Positions 46,185 to 60,617 of a stretch of DNA of 64,000 nt are shown here, piece by piece. Each line of letters opens with the position of its first letter. Positions within the stretch are counted from its first letter, which is position 1. This DNA is from Chiloscyllium plagiosum (Eukaryota): NCBI RefSeq assembly GCF_004010195.1, contig NC_057746.1:27538374-27602373 (forward strand), read 5' to 3'. The position numbers and the translations under genes are program-made. The notes under the pieces are model-generated. The model saw only the letters and a program-made list of their open reading frames with translations, searched no databases and was not told the DNA's origin.

Positions 46185-47190
46185 AATCATAGAATCATTA
46201 ATACAGAAGAGACCTTATGTCCATGGAGGAGGTACCACCAAAGGTATGCTACCACCTGCATTAGTCCCACTTTCTAGCACTGAGCCCATACCCTTAAATA
46301 TTATCACATTTCAAGTATTCGTCCAAGAGCTTTTTAAATGTTGTGAACTTCCCCGCCCGAAATAACCTGCCCGGCAATGCATTCCAGATTCCTTCAACGC
46401 TCTGGGTGAAAAACAAACCTTTCCTCAATTTCCTTCTAAAGCTACTGGCCTTCGGTTTAAAATTATGCCACTTGCTATTGAACTTTCAACTAAAGGGAAC
46501 AACTGCTTTCTATTCACCTTACTACACCCCCCATAAACTTCGACATCTTTATGAACCTCTTCCCTTCAACTTTCTGTGAACCAGAGGAAAGAATTGGAGC
46601 TTATCCAGTTTTTCTTTATAGATTAAATTTCCTTCCCAGGCAACATCCTGGTATATCTCCTTCATATCTCCACCAGTACAATTACATCTTTCCTATAGTG
46701 TAGTGCTCAGAACTACACACAGTACTCCTGCTGTGGCCTAAGTATAATTCTGTACACCTCCAATACCACCTCCCTGATCTCAAAGTCTATGCCGTGACTG
46801 ATAAAGGCAAGTACCCCGTATTTATTTTTAACTACCCTATCAACCTGGGATCCGTGGACAAGTATCTAGAGATTCCTCTGTTCCTCCGAGCTTCATAGCG
46901 TCTTGGTCCTTTTTGAGCATTTGCTTACCTTGCTCTTTCTGCCAAAATGTATCACCTCTCATTTTCCATGACTAAGTTCCAACTGCCAGCAATGTGCCCA
47001 TCTGACGAAAATATTTATGTGCTCTTGTAACCTACCAGCTTCCTCCTCACTGTGAACCACCCAACCAATCTTTGTATTATCTGCAAACTCACTTATCGTC
47101 GGTTCCATTCATGCATCCCATATTCTCATTTACTTTGCTTATATATCTCAAACAATAAAGGACACAGCACTGATCCCCGTGGAATGTCAC
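46185..47190 (-). mobile_element. CR1 LINE 3' fragment
   Basis: ATCATAGAATCAT tail; reverse-complement RT motifs (IPRGSVLCPLLF, LQIIQ-like, EYCV.F). Confidence 0.78.
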
Positions 47191-47509
47191 TGCATGTCAT
47201 TTTAATACTCAAAATTATAATTAAAAATCTATCAGTTTTATTAATCCATGGATAGGAAAGATTAATCCATTCTTCAAATCTGTCGTTGTGGGCGAGGAAG
47301 CGAAACAAAAAGTGTCACATTTTCGAATGGTAGGAAGAAGCTTTAAGCACGAAATATCTGTATCTGTAATTGAAGGAATGATCATAAAAATGTGCGCTTA
47401 AACTGGAGAATGCGGGGCAAAAGTGAAAATATTTGCCAACAGAATCATGTTAAAACACTCAATACTAGTAGCATTTTGTTTCCAAAATGTTTCCAAAATG
47501 CTACTAGTA

Positions 47510-48670
47510 TTTATTAAGGTAAATATTCTGACTCCAGATGCTCAGGAGAAGTATAACTGGTCGTAGCAATCACATACTTCCAGTTAAACTAAAAAGAGAT
47601 CAGTACCCAATGTAGTTGGGGCAATACAGCACCATAGATGGATGATTGAGTAGGTAGTAGCAACAGCATATTGGGTCACCTTCAGGTTGAGGAACCAACT
47701 AGTGTAATGCCACCAAGGTCAGTGTTGGGATCTTAAATATTTACAATTTATATTAATACCTTTTTTAAGGGGTCAAACTTTCTGCTGACACATGCATAAA
47801 TACAAAAAGAAAAGCAAATTGTGAAGAAACAAATAGTTGCCAAATGGATATCGATTGGTTCAGTGACTGGGCAAACAAAACTTGGTCGATAGAATTTTAT
47901 TCTCTTTGGTGAGATCATAAAAGCCAAATATTATCTAAATGAAGGCAAACTGCAAATATGTGGTACTGAAGGATCTGGGTGTCCTTGTGCGTGGATAAGA
48001 AAGTGTTAGAATGCTGGTATATCAAACATTTAGAAGACAAATGGACTGTCAACCTTTATTGCAAACTGAATGGATTATAAACGTAGGTAAACCTTACTAC
48101 GAAGTATAGAGGATTGGTGAGATCCCAGTTAGGGTATTGTGTACCAGTTTGATCTCCTTTCTTAAAGAGCGATCCATTTGCATTGGAGGCAGTTTAGAGA
48201 AGTTTCACTCAGCTAATTCTTGAGATAAAAGGGCTAGCTTATCTAAAGAATTATTCAGTTGGTTGGGCCTATACCTTTTGGAGTTCAGAAGGATGATAAG
48301 TGTTTTTAGTTGAATACGTCTGACTCTGAGGTGACTTGACATGTAAGATGCTGACAGACCTATCCTCCCAATGAGGAATCTCAAGGTAGCACAATTTGAA
48401 TGTAAGTGGTCGCCAGTAAGAGATGAAAATGAGGAGCATTTTTTAAAAATCTCAGAACGTTGAAATTTTTGAGTTCTTTTCTTCAGACATCAGTAAAGGC
48501 GGGACATTGAATGTTTTCAAGGATGCGGTAGACAGATCTACGATCTACAAATGAGTTAAGGATTTCTGGGTGCATTCAGAAAAATAGGCCGAATGCCAAT
48601 TCCTGATCAGCTGTAATGTCATTGAACGAGAAAGTGGACTCAATCGGACGAATGATCTTCCCCTGTTTTG
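47510..48670 (+). mobile_element. Old CR1 LINE fragment
   Basis: QGQCWDL/GSVLG-like and LVRSQLGYCV-like degenerate RT/ORF2 motifs. Confidence 0.65.
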
Positions 48671-49984
48671 TTATTGTGAAAGTAACTGCAGCTGCAGCTC
48701 AATTTAAAACGTGCAACAGATGAGAAATCTCACTTTCAAGTCAAATGCATTGAACCAACTGTTCCTGTACATGGTGTTTATACCAATAGAAAGAGGCGCC
48801 CTTGCCTTGTAACTGCAACGACGGCTACATGGTGTGTGCAATGTTTAAAATTAATTGCATCGGTCTGTAACAAGCTAATTCTTTTCTTTCATAGACTGTG
48901 CAAAGATGACGAAATGAAGCACTTTTGATTTGACTTGACCCCATTCTGACTTTGTAAAGCATAACAATGTCCTGAACACGATACGCTATCCAGATGGCCT
49001 TTCAGATGCAGTTGTCCATTACCACGCATTAAAGAACCATATAGAATTTTAGTCCCATCCTATCCATCCGTATGTAGTCTACACAAAATCACCCCGGAAT
49101 GCCTGTTCAAACCTTGCATGCTAACTTCAATAAAGAACGTGGGTGATATCCGCGCTTGCAATCTCGTTTTCATTTGTTTTATAGTAAAAGTATCAAATAG
49201 TAACCGAAAACTTTAGGATTTTGTGATTCGTCTCGTCGACGAATTCGTAAGAAATGTCAACGTGATGCACGACATCTCAATAGTTTGTACTATGGTGAAT
49301 ACTAGTTAAAAATGAGCTGTCAAATCATCTACAGTAATCAATTAAAGAACCAATTCTTAAAATGAAATTGAAAAATGAAAATTTGTCAAGTTAAATTAAC
49401 ATTTCGTGTTGGGAGGGGCTGGGGAAGTGAGAGACGGCGGCACCCACTGAACCCGTGACCTAATCCGCTTGGAAGGGCTAGGGCAGCAGATGGTTCGGAA
49501 CACTAACCTCAACAAGTTCCTCTCCAAGCCACACATAATCTTGACTTGGAAATGTATCTTCAGCATCAGTGGGTCAAAATCTTGGAACTCTTTTGCTAAC
49601 AGCATTCTAGATCTAAATGCATCCCAGGGATTCAACTGCCTTCTTCTGAAGTGGTGGGTCGCCGGTTTGGAGAGTTGTGTGACAGATGAATGACACCCTG
49701 CTGCCATGCTCCTTCAGTGGCATTAGGAATACATAAGTGCTGAAACTGGTACTGGTGGTGCCAGTCAACGAGATATTTTGCCTGGATGCTGTCAAGATCC
49801 TTGAATGCTGTTGGAGCCGAATTCCTCCATTCAAGTGGAAAGTATTCCATCAAAAGATGAACTTCTGTTTTGCAGGACTGGACAACAAATATTGACTTAG
49901 CCAGCAACGCCCACATGCCACGAATAAATAAAATAAGTTTTCCCGGAGTGTTTATTACTTTGATTCACATTTCGAAATATTTGC

Positions 49985-50815
49985 AAAGTGTGATGGAATA
50001 CACCACACTTACCTGGATGGATACAGCTTCAACGAATCTCAAAAAGCTTGACACCATCCAGAATAAAGCAGCTCTCTAGATTGGTACCACTTGCCACAGG
50101 CATCCACTCCCTGCACCACCGACACTCAGTAGCAGCAGTGTGTACTATCTACAAGATGCAATGCAGAAATTCACCAAACATTCTCAGACAGCACCTTCCA
50201 AACCCAGCACCATTACCATCTAGAAGGACAAGAGCAGCAGATACATGAGAACGTCACCATTTGCACGTTCCCCTCCAAATCATTCACCATCCTAACTTGG
50301 AACTATATCACCGTTCTTTCAATGTGGCTGTGTCAAAATCCTGGAAAACCCTCCCTAGGGACACTTTTGATCCAGCTGCATCATGTAGACTGCTGCATTT
50401 CAAGAAGGCAGTTCACCACCACCTTCTCAAAGGCAACTGTATAGGGTGCTAGGTGACTCAGTGGTTAGCACCATTGCCTATCAGCACCAAAGACCCGGGT
50501 TCGATTCCCGCCTTAGGTAACTGTTTGTGTGACGTTTGCCCATTGCAGTTTTCTCCCACAATATAAAGGTGTGCAGATTAGGTGAATTAGCCATACTAAA
50601 TTGCCCAAAGTATTCAGGAATGTGTAGGCGAGGTGCATTAGTCAGAGACAAATAACGGGTAGCGGAATTGGTCTGGGCGGGTTACGCTTCGGACGGTCAT
50701 TGTGGACTTGTTGGGTCAAAGGGCCCTGTTTCTACACTAGAGGGATTCTAATACCTAGGGACTGGCAATGCAATGTTGGGCAGCCAGCGGCGCCCAAGTC
50801 CCACAAGGAAATAAA
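49985..50815 (+). mobile_element. LINE 3' fragment (CR1/L2 superfamily) split by an HE1 SINE
   Basis: SVMEY..LTWMD..LKKLDTIQNKAA / HSLHHRHSVAAVCTIYKM; the 3' end resumes after 50752. Confidence 0.75.
50443..50752 (+). mobile_element. HE1-type SINE nested in a LINE
   Basis: GGTGACTCAGTGGTTAGC A-box, GGGTTCGATTCCC B-box, TGGACTTGTTGGG..CTGTTTCTACACT tail. Confidence 0.85.
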
Positions 50816-51624
50816 AGAACTGAAAGCATGTTTCAATATTTCAGCAACACTATGAGAGTCAGTCAGGTGTGTACACGCCTATCAACTGACATTGCTGTCG
50901 TTCAACAGTTGATGTGTTGATGCACATTTGCTCTCCTGCTGAAGCTCCTGTTAGGAAGATGGATAATGCAATTAAAGCGAGAATTTGAGTGAGATTTAGA
51001 TGCGAATTTTCAGTTGTGATTATATAATTGGAAAACACTCAGGGACAGCTTATGGCGAGTATCTCTGCCTCTAAAGCATGAGTTCTATAGTTGTGACTCA
51101 CCCCAAGACCCGAAGAATTTGCGCTAATCGCAAAATTAAAGCCAGCTGAGGGTCAAACCGCAAACCTTTTTAGCAAATGCCAATAACAGGCGGTGATGGG
51201 AATAGGAGGGAGATTTCTGCCATTGGAGCCTTCACTATCATTCTCCCGATTATACGTCGCATGTTGTCACAACAATTCGAATTCCCGGAGCAGACTGGGC
51301 TCATCTCTACCATATCTACTATTAAACGCCTCCCGCAATCATGCTTCCTTACCTCAGTCCACTCTTATTTCAAGCCACAGGACAGGGAGTCTCGGATATC
51401 AAATGACAGAGCACTTGATCGAATGATTCCACTGTTTTGCACTATCTTCTTGTCCATTAAGTAAATTACTGCGCGGTCTTCAGGTTAGGTTTGGTACGAA
51501 ATTTCTCACCCCTCTTTTCATAGAATCCCCGTGGAAGCAAATCCATCGAGTGGACACCGATTCGTGAAATAGTATCCCACTCATACCCACCACCCCCACC
51601 CTACTCTATGCCAGCAGCAGTTGC

Positions 51625-52112
51625 AAAGCATGAAAACAGAGCCTTCAGTCCAACTAATGCACTCCGGCCATTTCCCAAACTAAACTCGTCCCGCTTGCCT
51701 GCGTTTGGCCATCATCCCTCCAAACCTTTCCTGCTCATGTACTTAGCCAAATGTATCTTAAATGTTGTAATTGTACCTGCATCCATAACTTCCTCTGCCA
51801 ATTCATTCCACAGACAAACCATCCTCTGTGTAAAATAAAGTTACCCACCCCCGTGTTTGTTTCTCCTCTCATATTGAAAATATGCGCTGTAGCTTTGAAC
51901 TCCCCCACCCTAGTCCCTTGCTACTCACCCTATCCATGCCCCTCACGATTTTATAAATCTCTATAAGGTCACCCCTAATCACCTACGCTCCAGTTAAAAA
52001 AACATCCCAACCTATGCAGTCTATTTCTGTAACTCAAACCTCCATTCCTAGAAAAATCCTGATCAATTTTTTTCTGAACTTTCTCCAGTTTAATGATATC
52101 CTTCCTGTAGCA
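51625..52112 (-). mobile_element. CR1 LINE 3' fragment
   Basis: Reverse complement of CR1 ORF2 C-terminus and 3' UTR. Confidence 0.75.
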
Positions 52113-53489
52113 AATCTATCTTCCTTCTCAGTCTACCTGCATTGCAGTCTACTTGGGTTTCAGCATCGACAATGAATGGCTCTTTTTGAAATGTAAGGCT
52201 TGTGCTTTGTTTGTAGTGTCATCTTCAGTGCAGTTAGTGCAATTAAACCTGTTGGACTAAAACCTGGTGTTGCGTGATTTTTATCTTTAGTGCAATATCC
52301 ATTGAAAGACGTCAGGCCAAACCGTTCTCCTGTTGCCGAACTCTCTAAACAATCCAACAGAGCAGTCAGATATATTCCATCATCTAACTCCCCACTAATA
52401 CGGCGTTACTATGAATGTCTAGTTCCCAGATATTGTTAGACAGCAGCCAACCAACCGTGGGACTGCTGATTTCGCTCCATGTCTCGCCTAATGCAAATCC
52501 TTAGTTACGAGATTGAGGGCTGCTTAGGTAGGGCAAACTACATCCCCAACTGTTCAATCCGAGTGACACAACAAATTTACCCCATAGCCTACTCAGCATC
52601 CTACCAACATGGCAAAGGCTGAAACACCAGTGTAAACTCTATTGTCATTTCTTGGTGACTGTGACGTAGAAGGAGCGAAAGAATTCGGGAGCGATGAGCT
52701 GTGATAGCCGCTATCAATATCCAGAATCTGAAGTTCAGTGCAGTTAAATGCATTAAATCATGCTTACACAGTGGAAATTATTTAAGATGATTATGATTTC
52801 GTCAAAAGGGATTTTTTTAATCGGAGCAGTCGGGCAAAGATTCAATTCAAACACGATGATGTACCGCCACCTTAAGGCTGTTTCTCGACACTACAGCTAG
52901 CATGGAACGGGCATAGAGCCGGCACAGATACAACGACAGATTACTCGTAATCTCCTTTTGCGCTCGTTCCATCTTCTGATGCATGGTGGGGCAGGATTGG
53001 GTGGGGGCGTGTGGAGACGTGTTGGGGGCGTGTCTAGTGGCGCTCAGTGTGTGGTGACTCTTACAAATACAGTTCTGTACAGATGCAGGATGGTAGGCAT
53101 AGCGGTGAGGAATGAGGTCAATTGCTCCGCCCCCCCCCCCCCCCCCACTCCCCCGACTGATTTGGTGCAGCCGCAGTCTAGCAGTTGTGTCCTTTAGGAC
53201 TTTACCAGCTTGGCCAGACAAGACGCTGCGGGGCTACTCAGTGGGAATTAATGTTCCCATCCAAAGTACATTCTGTGCCCCTTGCCACTCTCAAATTGTG
53301 TTCAATATGAAGGAGTATTGATTCACAAACTGAAGTGGGTGGAGTGGACATCAGTGATAATCAACACAATGTTTCCCTTCTTTTGTTAGACCCTGATGTC
53401 ATAAGACTTCATAGGGATTGAGAGTCAAAGTCAATTCTCTGAAGCCAACTCCCTCTCAACTGTACATCCTGACAATACGATGCTGCAAG

Positions 53490-55591
53490 ACAGGATCTGA
53501 GGAGCATAAGTTGGGAGCATAGGCTGTCAGGGAAGGATGTCGTTGAAATTTTCAAGGAACAGATACGACGTGTCCTTGATATGTATGTACCTGTCAGGCA
53601 GGGAAGAGATTGTCGTGTTAGGGAACCTTGGTTGACGAGGGAGGTTGAGTGTCCTGTAAAGAGGAAGAAGGAGGCTTACATAAGGTTGAGGAAACAAGGT
53701 TCAGACAGAGCGTTGGAGGAATACAGGATAGCCAGGAGGGAGCTTAAGAAAGGGATTAGGAGAGCTAAGAGAGGGCATGAAAAATCCTTGGCGGGTAGGA
53801 TCAAGGATAACCCCAAGGCTTTTTATGCGTATGTGAGAAACATGAGAATGACGAGAACGAGTGTAGGTCCGATCAAGAACAGTAGTGGGAGACTGTGTAT
53901 TGAGTCGGAAGAGATAGGAGAGGTCTGAATGAGTACATTTCTTCAGTATTTATATATGAGAGGGACCGTATTGTTGAAGAGGAGAGTATGAATCGGACTG
54001 GTAAGCTAGAGGAGATACTTGTTAGGAAGGGAGATGTGTTGGGCATTTTGAAAAACTTGAGGATAGACAAGTCCCCCGCGCCTGATCGGATATATCCTAG
54101 GATTATGTGGGAAGCAAGAGAGGAAATTGCAGAGCCGTTGGCAATGATCTTTTCGTCTTCACTGTCTACAGCGGTGGTACCAGGGACTGGAGAGTGGCGA
54201 ATGTTGTCCCCCTATTCAAAAAAGGGAATAGGGATAACCCAGGGAATTACAGGCCAGTTAGTCTTACTTCGGTGGTAGGCAAAGTAGTGGAAAGGGTACT
54301 GAGGGATAGGATTTATGAGTATCTGGAAAGTCACTGCTTGATGAGGGACAGCCAGCACGGATTTGTGAGGGGTAGGTCTTGCCTTACAAGTCTTATTGAA
54401 TTCTTTGAGGAGGTGACCAAGCATGTGGATGGGGGTAGAGCAGTGGATGTAGCGTACATGGATTTTAGTAAGGCATTTGATAAGGTTCCAAATGGTAGGC
54501 TTATGTGGAAAGTCAGGAGGGATTGGATAGTGGGAAATTTGGCCAGTTGGATAGAGAACTGGCTAACAGGTCGAAGTCAGAGAGTGGTGGTAGATGGTAA
54601 ATATTCAGCCTGGAGCCCAGTTACAAGTTGAGTTCCGCAGTGATCGGTTCTGGGTCCTCTTCTGTTTGTAATTTTTATTAATGACTTAGATGAGGGAGAC
54701 AAAGGGTGGGTCAGTAAATTTGCAGACAATACGAAGATTGGTGGAGTTGTGGATAGCGAGGAGGGCAGATATCGGCTGCAAATGGACTTAGATATGATGC
54801 AGAGCTGGGCTGAGGAGTGGCAGATGGAGTTCAACACTGTCAAGTGTGAGGTTGTCCATTTTGGAAAGACAAATAAGAATGCGGAATACAAGGTTAATGG
54901 TAGGGTTCTTAGTCAGGTGGAGGAACAGAGGGATCTTGGGGTCTATGTACATAGATCTTTGAAGGTTGCCACTCAGGTGGATAGAGTTTGTAAGAAGGCC
55001 TATGGAGTATCATCGTTCATTAGCAGAGGGATTGAATTCAAGAGTCATGAAGTGATGTTGCAACTGTACAGGACCTTGGTTAGGCCACATTTGGAGTACT
55101 GTGTGCAGTTCTGGTCACCTCACTTTAGGCAAGATGTGAAATTTTTGGAGAGGGTGCAGAGGAGATTTACCTGGATGTTGCCTGGAATGGAGAATAGGTC
55201 GTACGAGGATAGGTTGAGTGTGCTAGGCCTTTTCTCATTGGAACGGCGAAGGATGAGGGGTGACTTGATAGAGGTTTATAAGATGATCAGGGGAATAGAT
55301 AGAGTAGACAGTCAGAGACGTTTTCCCTGGGTACAACAGTGTTACAAGGGGACATAAATTTAAGGTCAAGGGTGGAAGGTATAGGGGGGATCTCAGGGAC
55401 AGGTTCTTTACCCATAAGAGTGGTGGGGGCATGGAATGCGCTGCCTGTGGGAGTGGCAGAGTCAGAATCATTGGTGACCTTTAAGCAGCAATTGAATAGG
55501 TACATGGATAGGTGCTTAAGCTAGGACAAATGTTCGGCACAACATCGTGGGCCGAAGGGGCTGTTCTGTGCTGTATTGTTCTATGTTCTAA
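53490..55591 (+). mobile_element. 5'-truncated CR1 LINE (~2.1 kb) with broken ORF2 reverse transcriptase
   Basis: PGNYRPVSLTSVVGK, SQHGFVRGRSCLT, YMDFSKAFDKV, KFADN and LVRPHLEYCVQFWSP motifs with frameshifts and stops; TTCTATG tail. Confidence 0.95.
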
Positions 55592-57839
55592 TACTTGTAT
55601 TGCAAGTGGGAAAGAACATCATCAGGAATGTGATGGTGTTGCCTGGGCCATGGTGCATGAGATACGATTCTGTAAGCATGACAATGTCAATCGTTTGCTT
55701 GAGAAAATTTTCACGATTTTGGCACTGGCTACAGATGTTGGTAAGGAGTATTGTGCAGGAACCACAGGACTGAGTTTGTTATTGCCAGGATCGATGACCA
55801 GGAGGCTCATCCAGGTGAAATACATATTTTTGGAGCTGTCTTAGTGATTTCATACAACTGAAAGGTGTGTGGAGCACTTTAAGATGGCAATTAAGAGTCA
55901 GCCATATTGCGGTAGGTCTGGAGTCACATATGGTTCAGTTTACCTTATCTTAAAGGATAATAGTGAACCAAACAAGGTTTTCGAAGAATCTACAATGATT
56001 TTCAGTGTAATTATTAGATTTTCAATTCGAGATTGTTTTGAATTCCAATTCCACTGTTTGTTATGGACGGAGTTGAATCCTCAACATGGGTCTCTGGATC
56101 ACTAATCTAGCGATCACTACATCATCACCTCCCACTATCTAACATGATCCCGAGGGGTCTTGACATGTTGGATATGTAGAGTGAGTTTCCTCTTTTAGAA
56201 GATTCTGGAACTAGGGGTCTCTGTTTAAGTGATGAATTGCACTCATAAAACGAAACCGTTGGGACTTTTTTTGTCTCAGAGAGTCTGAACGTTAGTCCGT
56301 TGGCAGGTATTGAAAGCAGCCATCCGTCATATGCATAAGACATGTTCTTGATGGGGAAAAAAAAATGGAAGGTTTCCTGCGGTTGACAGGAATGTAGAGT
56401 AATCACGTCGTCTACATGTGATCTCGTTTCAGAAAATCAAGGCCAATCGCGCACGACTTTCCTGTGAAATCACTCAATGTATGGAATTAATAAAAAGAAC
56501 AATGCTGGAGATCTGATTTTTTTTAAATCCCAGGAATTTCTAGTTGAACTTAGCAGGTTAGGAAATTAAGTGAGAAGAAAACAAAGCTAGCATTTCGGGT
56601 CTGCTGTTAGTTCATCAAAATCTTTCCAGCCTGCAGATCTGTCAAACCTGCTGAGTTTCACCAACAATGTCTGTTTTTTGTTAGGGATATAAGGAAGCTG
56701 GATTTCTTACTGAGAGAAGTTCTAACTGTAAAACAGCTTCTTGACTTTATTCCACTGCTATGGCATTAAACATTTGGGAAACTAATACCCAATAAACTTA
56801 AAAATCATTAATAATTTCTGCAGTCGGAGCAATAAAATGATTTTAAAAATCACGAATCCCAGGTAGACCGGTGGAGAAGGAAGTCAACTTAAAATTCCGG
56901 CTGTGCACACGGCACCTAGACTAAGAGGCCGTTAGATCGACAAAGAAAGCAACGAGAACAGAAGTTCAATTGGCGACAGTGTTTTGCAAGATTAAATGAG
57001 CTGTAAAGTGCAGGAACCCGGGTATGTTCCTGTCTGTAATATTTCTCTACAGGCGCAAAGTGCCGCTACATCACGGTGTTAGAGATGAATCAACTCAACC
57101 CCAGTTATTTCTCGCAAATGGGCATTACATTGTTGAATTTTTTCCTCATTAGATAGTGGAGATTGGATCTTTAAATTTATCCATGGTCAATTTAAATATA
57201 TTTTTGAAAGTATGATTGGGGCGACAACCACATCAACAATGACTATTGAATTTTGAAGGATGCTCGAATGGACCTATGGCACTTATACCTCGCTCTTATG
57301 TTTTACAGAAACTCTTTTGAAACTCCAATTATATATATAGATTGGAGAGGTTAGGAATGTTCTCCTTGCAGAAAAATGAGAGGATTTGACAGTTAGTCAA
57401 AACCATGAGACAGAATGGATAGGGATAAATGCTTTTACTGAGGGGACGACTAAACATCAAAGGACATAGATTTCAGGTAATCGGCAAAACAAAATCACGA
57501 GCGACATGAAGAAAATCCTTTCCATGCTGCTAGTGCTGGGAATTAAAATGCACTACCTGAGATTTTACTGCAAACAGATTCATTTGAGGCAACAGGGAAT
57601 CGCAATAATATTTGAAAGGAAATGCATGCAGTGCTTCACTGAAAGGCGGTTGATTGGCACTTAGAAATCTGTTCCACCAGAAAGCCAGCTGGGCACGATG
57701 ACAAAATCCCCTATTTCTGTAATGTAACAATTTTATGATTCGATAAAATTACAATTTTATGATAATTCATTAAAAGTTTTGACAGCCTCCAGCACAACTA
57801 GTTACTATGTCATCAACAATTCGGGGACACATCTCATGC

Positions 57840-58360
57840 CCACGTGAATATATCCTTAACCGCCCATCCACCACCACATCCAATCAAATCAAGGGTACAT
57901 TGCAGTCCTTCAACAACCTGTCACTCCCAGTTTCATGCTTCTCCTTTCTGTAATTCCACGTCTATTCTCAACCTCATCCTCTCCTCTGTGTATACCTTTC
58001 AGCCTTCCCCAAACTCTCATCTATTTCTTCCTCTTCCTGCTCACAATTCCTTATCCTCTTGCTTTTATTCTCTTTTCCTCCTTGTCCAACATCGAAGTGG
58101 ATGTCTTTCCCATTCCAAAGCACTCTGTGATACTGTACCCCTTCCTAATTCCCATTGACTTCTTAGCACTCATCCCCATTCTGCCTCGCCTATGCTTCAA
58201 ATTTTCTGTCTCCTCTTCACCCTCATCCATTTCCCCACCTTGCATTACTTAACCTGCTCAGGTCCATCTCCTCTCCTCCACCTCCAGATAACTAACAGCC
58301 CTCATACTCTAATCCTATCCTCCACAGGCGCACTTCTTTTCCTTATCCATTCCTTCATTC
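57840..58360. repeat. Pyrimidine-rich low-complexity tract
   Basis: Strong C/T bias on the + strand; continues beyond the CR1 insert to about 58980. Confidence 0.6.
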
Positions 58361-58867
58361 ATAGTCATAGAGTCATAGAAATTTACAGCACGGAAGCTGA
58401 TCCTTCAGTCCAACACATCCACGCCGACCAGATATCCTAACCTAATCTAGTCCCATTTGCGAGCAATTGGCCCATATCCTTCTAAATCTTTGCTATTCAT
58501 ATACACATCCAGATACTTTTAAATGCTGCAATTGTATCAGCATCCACCACTTTCTTTGGCAGCTCATTCTGTACATGCACTACCCTCAGTGTGAAAAAGT
58601 TGCCCCTTAGGTCCCTTTAATGTCTTTCTCCTGTCAGCCTAAACCGGTGCCCTCTAGTTCTGGACTCCCCCACCTCAGGGAAAAGAGCTTGTCTACTTAT
58701 CCTATCCATACCCTTCATGCTTTTATAAACCTCTCTAATGTCACCCCTCAGTCTCCGATGCTCCAGGGAAAACAGCCCCAGCCTATTCAATCTCTCCCTA
58801 TAGCTCAAATCCTCCAAACCCGCCAACTCCTGACCCCTGAAGTCTTTTCTGAACCCTTTCAAGTTTC
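58360..58867 (-). mobile_element. CR1 LINE 3' fragment (same subfamily as 1927-2511)
   Basis: LEDLSYRERLNRLGLFSLEHRRLRGD on the minus strand; (ATAGTC)n tail. Confidence 0.9.
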
Positions 58868-59929
58868 TCTGCTTTCTTTCTATTCCCGCCTTAAATATCA
58901 TTGTTCATTTTGCTCATCCTTGCTCCTTGCCCACTTAGTCTTCCTCATCTACATCAGTCCTCCTCCTCATGCCCAATTCTTGACAATGTGCCCCATTAAT
59001 TTGCACAGCTCACAGATTGCGGTATCACATTTTAGGCTAACACAAGATCATTTTACGAATTAAACCTCATCTGATATTCAATTTGATATTGGTTGATTTC
59101 TACCTTAATTTCATTTGTTTTGGGTATGAAGGGCTTCATTTCAAAAGTTGTAGATGACACACGTTTGCAAATGTAACTAGTGTGAAAGACAGTAACTGAC
59201 TTTAGAGGGACATTGATAGACCGGTGAGACACAAATGCTAGGTACAATTTAACATATATACCTGTGAAGTTGCATATTTTAGTCACTGTGATGAGGAGAG
59301 ACAATATGAATTAAATGATACCAATTTGATGTGACACAGATAGAACAAATGCCAACAATCCTTGATAATGGAAAAGCTGCACAAGGTGTCAGCTAGAAAG
59401 AATGAGATCTACCTGGCCAAGTAAAAGCAAGAAAGAAAAGAAAAAGGGATTTAAAAAAACGCATATAAAGGCAAGACAAGCATTCAAAACTTTAATAAAT
59501 ATGACAATAAATAATGTGTATAAACATATTTGAAGATGTCTGGACAAGTTGATAATGTATGATAATATATTACAGTATATAGAGTGACTTTAGATTTATA
59601 AACAATGACATCGATCATAAAAGCCAGGAAATTGTGTGAAATGTTTCTAAATGTTTAGTTAGATCGCCGTTGCAGCATTGTGTCAAAAGTTTGGAATACA
59701 TTTAGCAAGATTTGCTTTTATCCCTTCATGGGATGGAGATGTCGCTGGCTAGGTCAGCATTTATTGCCTATTCGAAAGTTGGGGCAGTGAGCAGCCTTCT
59801 TGAAATATTGCAGTTCATGGAATGTACGGACACCAACAATACCATTAGGAAGAAAATTTATTTTAAAAATTCCTCATTGGATCTGAACATTGGTGGCTAG
59901 CCAGCACTTACTCGCGTCCTTAGTTGCCT

Positions 59930-60470
59930 TAGAAGTGCGGTTGTGAGTTGTCTTCTTTAACGAAGCTGTAGGTATATCCACAGTACTGATTGGGATGCAG
60001 TTCTGAGTTTTACCCCAATGACAATAAAGGAACGATAGTATACTTCCAAGGCAGTATGGTGTTCAAACGGGACAGAACTGCAAGTTCATGATAGTTCCAT
60101 GTACCTGCTGGTCTGTCTTTCCAGATGGTATCGATTTTGCATTTGGAAAATGCTGTCTGATGAGCCTTGGTGATTTACCATAATGCATCTTGGGGTGCCA
60201 TTCACCGCTGCTACTGCATGGTGAAAGGATTGAGTGTTGCTTGTGGAAGATGGGGTAGTTGATTTGCTGTGCATGTGATTGAACTTGCTGAGTGTTGTTG
60301 GAGCTGCTCTTATTCAGGCAAGCATGGAGTAATCCATCACACTTTTGACATGTGCCTTGCTGACAGGCATAGGGGAGTCTGGACGTGGGTTACTCGCTAC
60401 AGAATTCATATCTTCTGACGAACTCCTGGAACCACAATATTGTTATTATGGCTAGTCAGTTAAGATTCCA
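59930..60470 (-). mobile_element. Decayed LINE (CR1/L2 superfamily) fragment
   Basis: Reverse-complement similarity to 49985-50440. Confidence 0.55.
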
Positions 60471-60617
60471 TGGCCATTGCACTCTATTCTTGTATAACGT
60501 ATCTTGAATTAACTAAGTTTGCAACTGTAGATACCACAAATGTCCATGCTTGTTGGCGTAGCCCTTCCAGACAAAACACTGATAATTGCCTGTTTCAATG
60601 AAATTTTTTGCAGGGCT

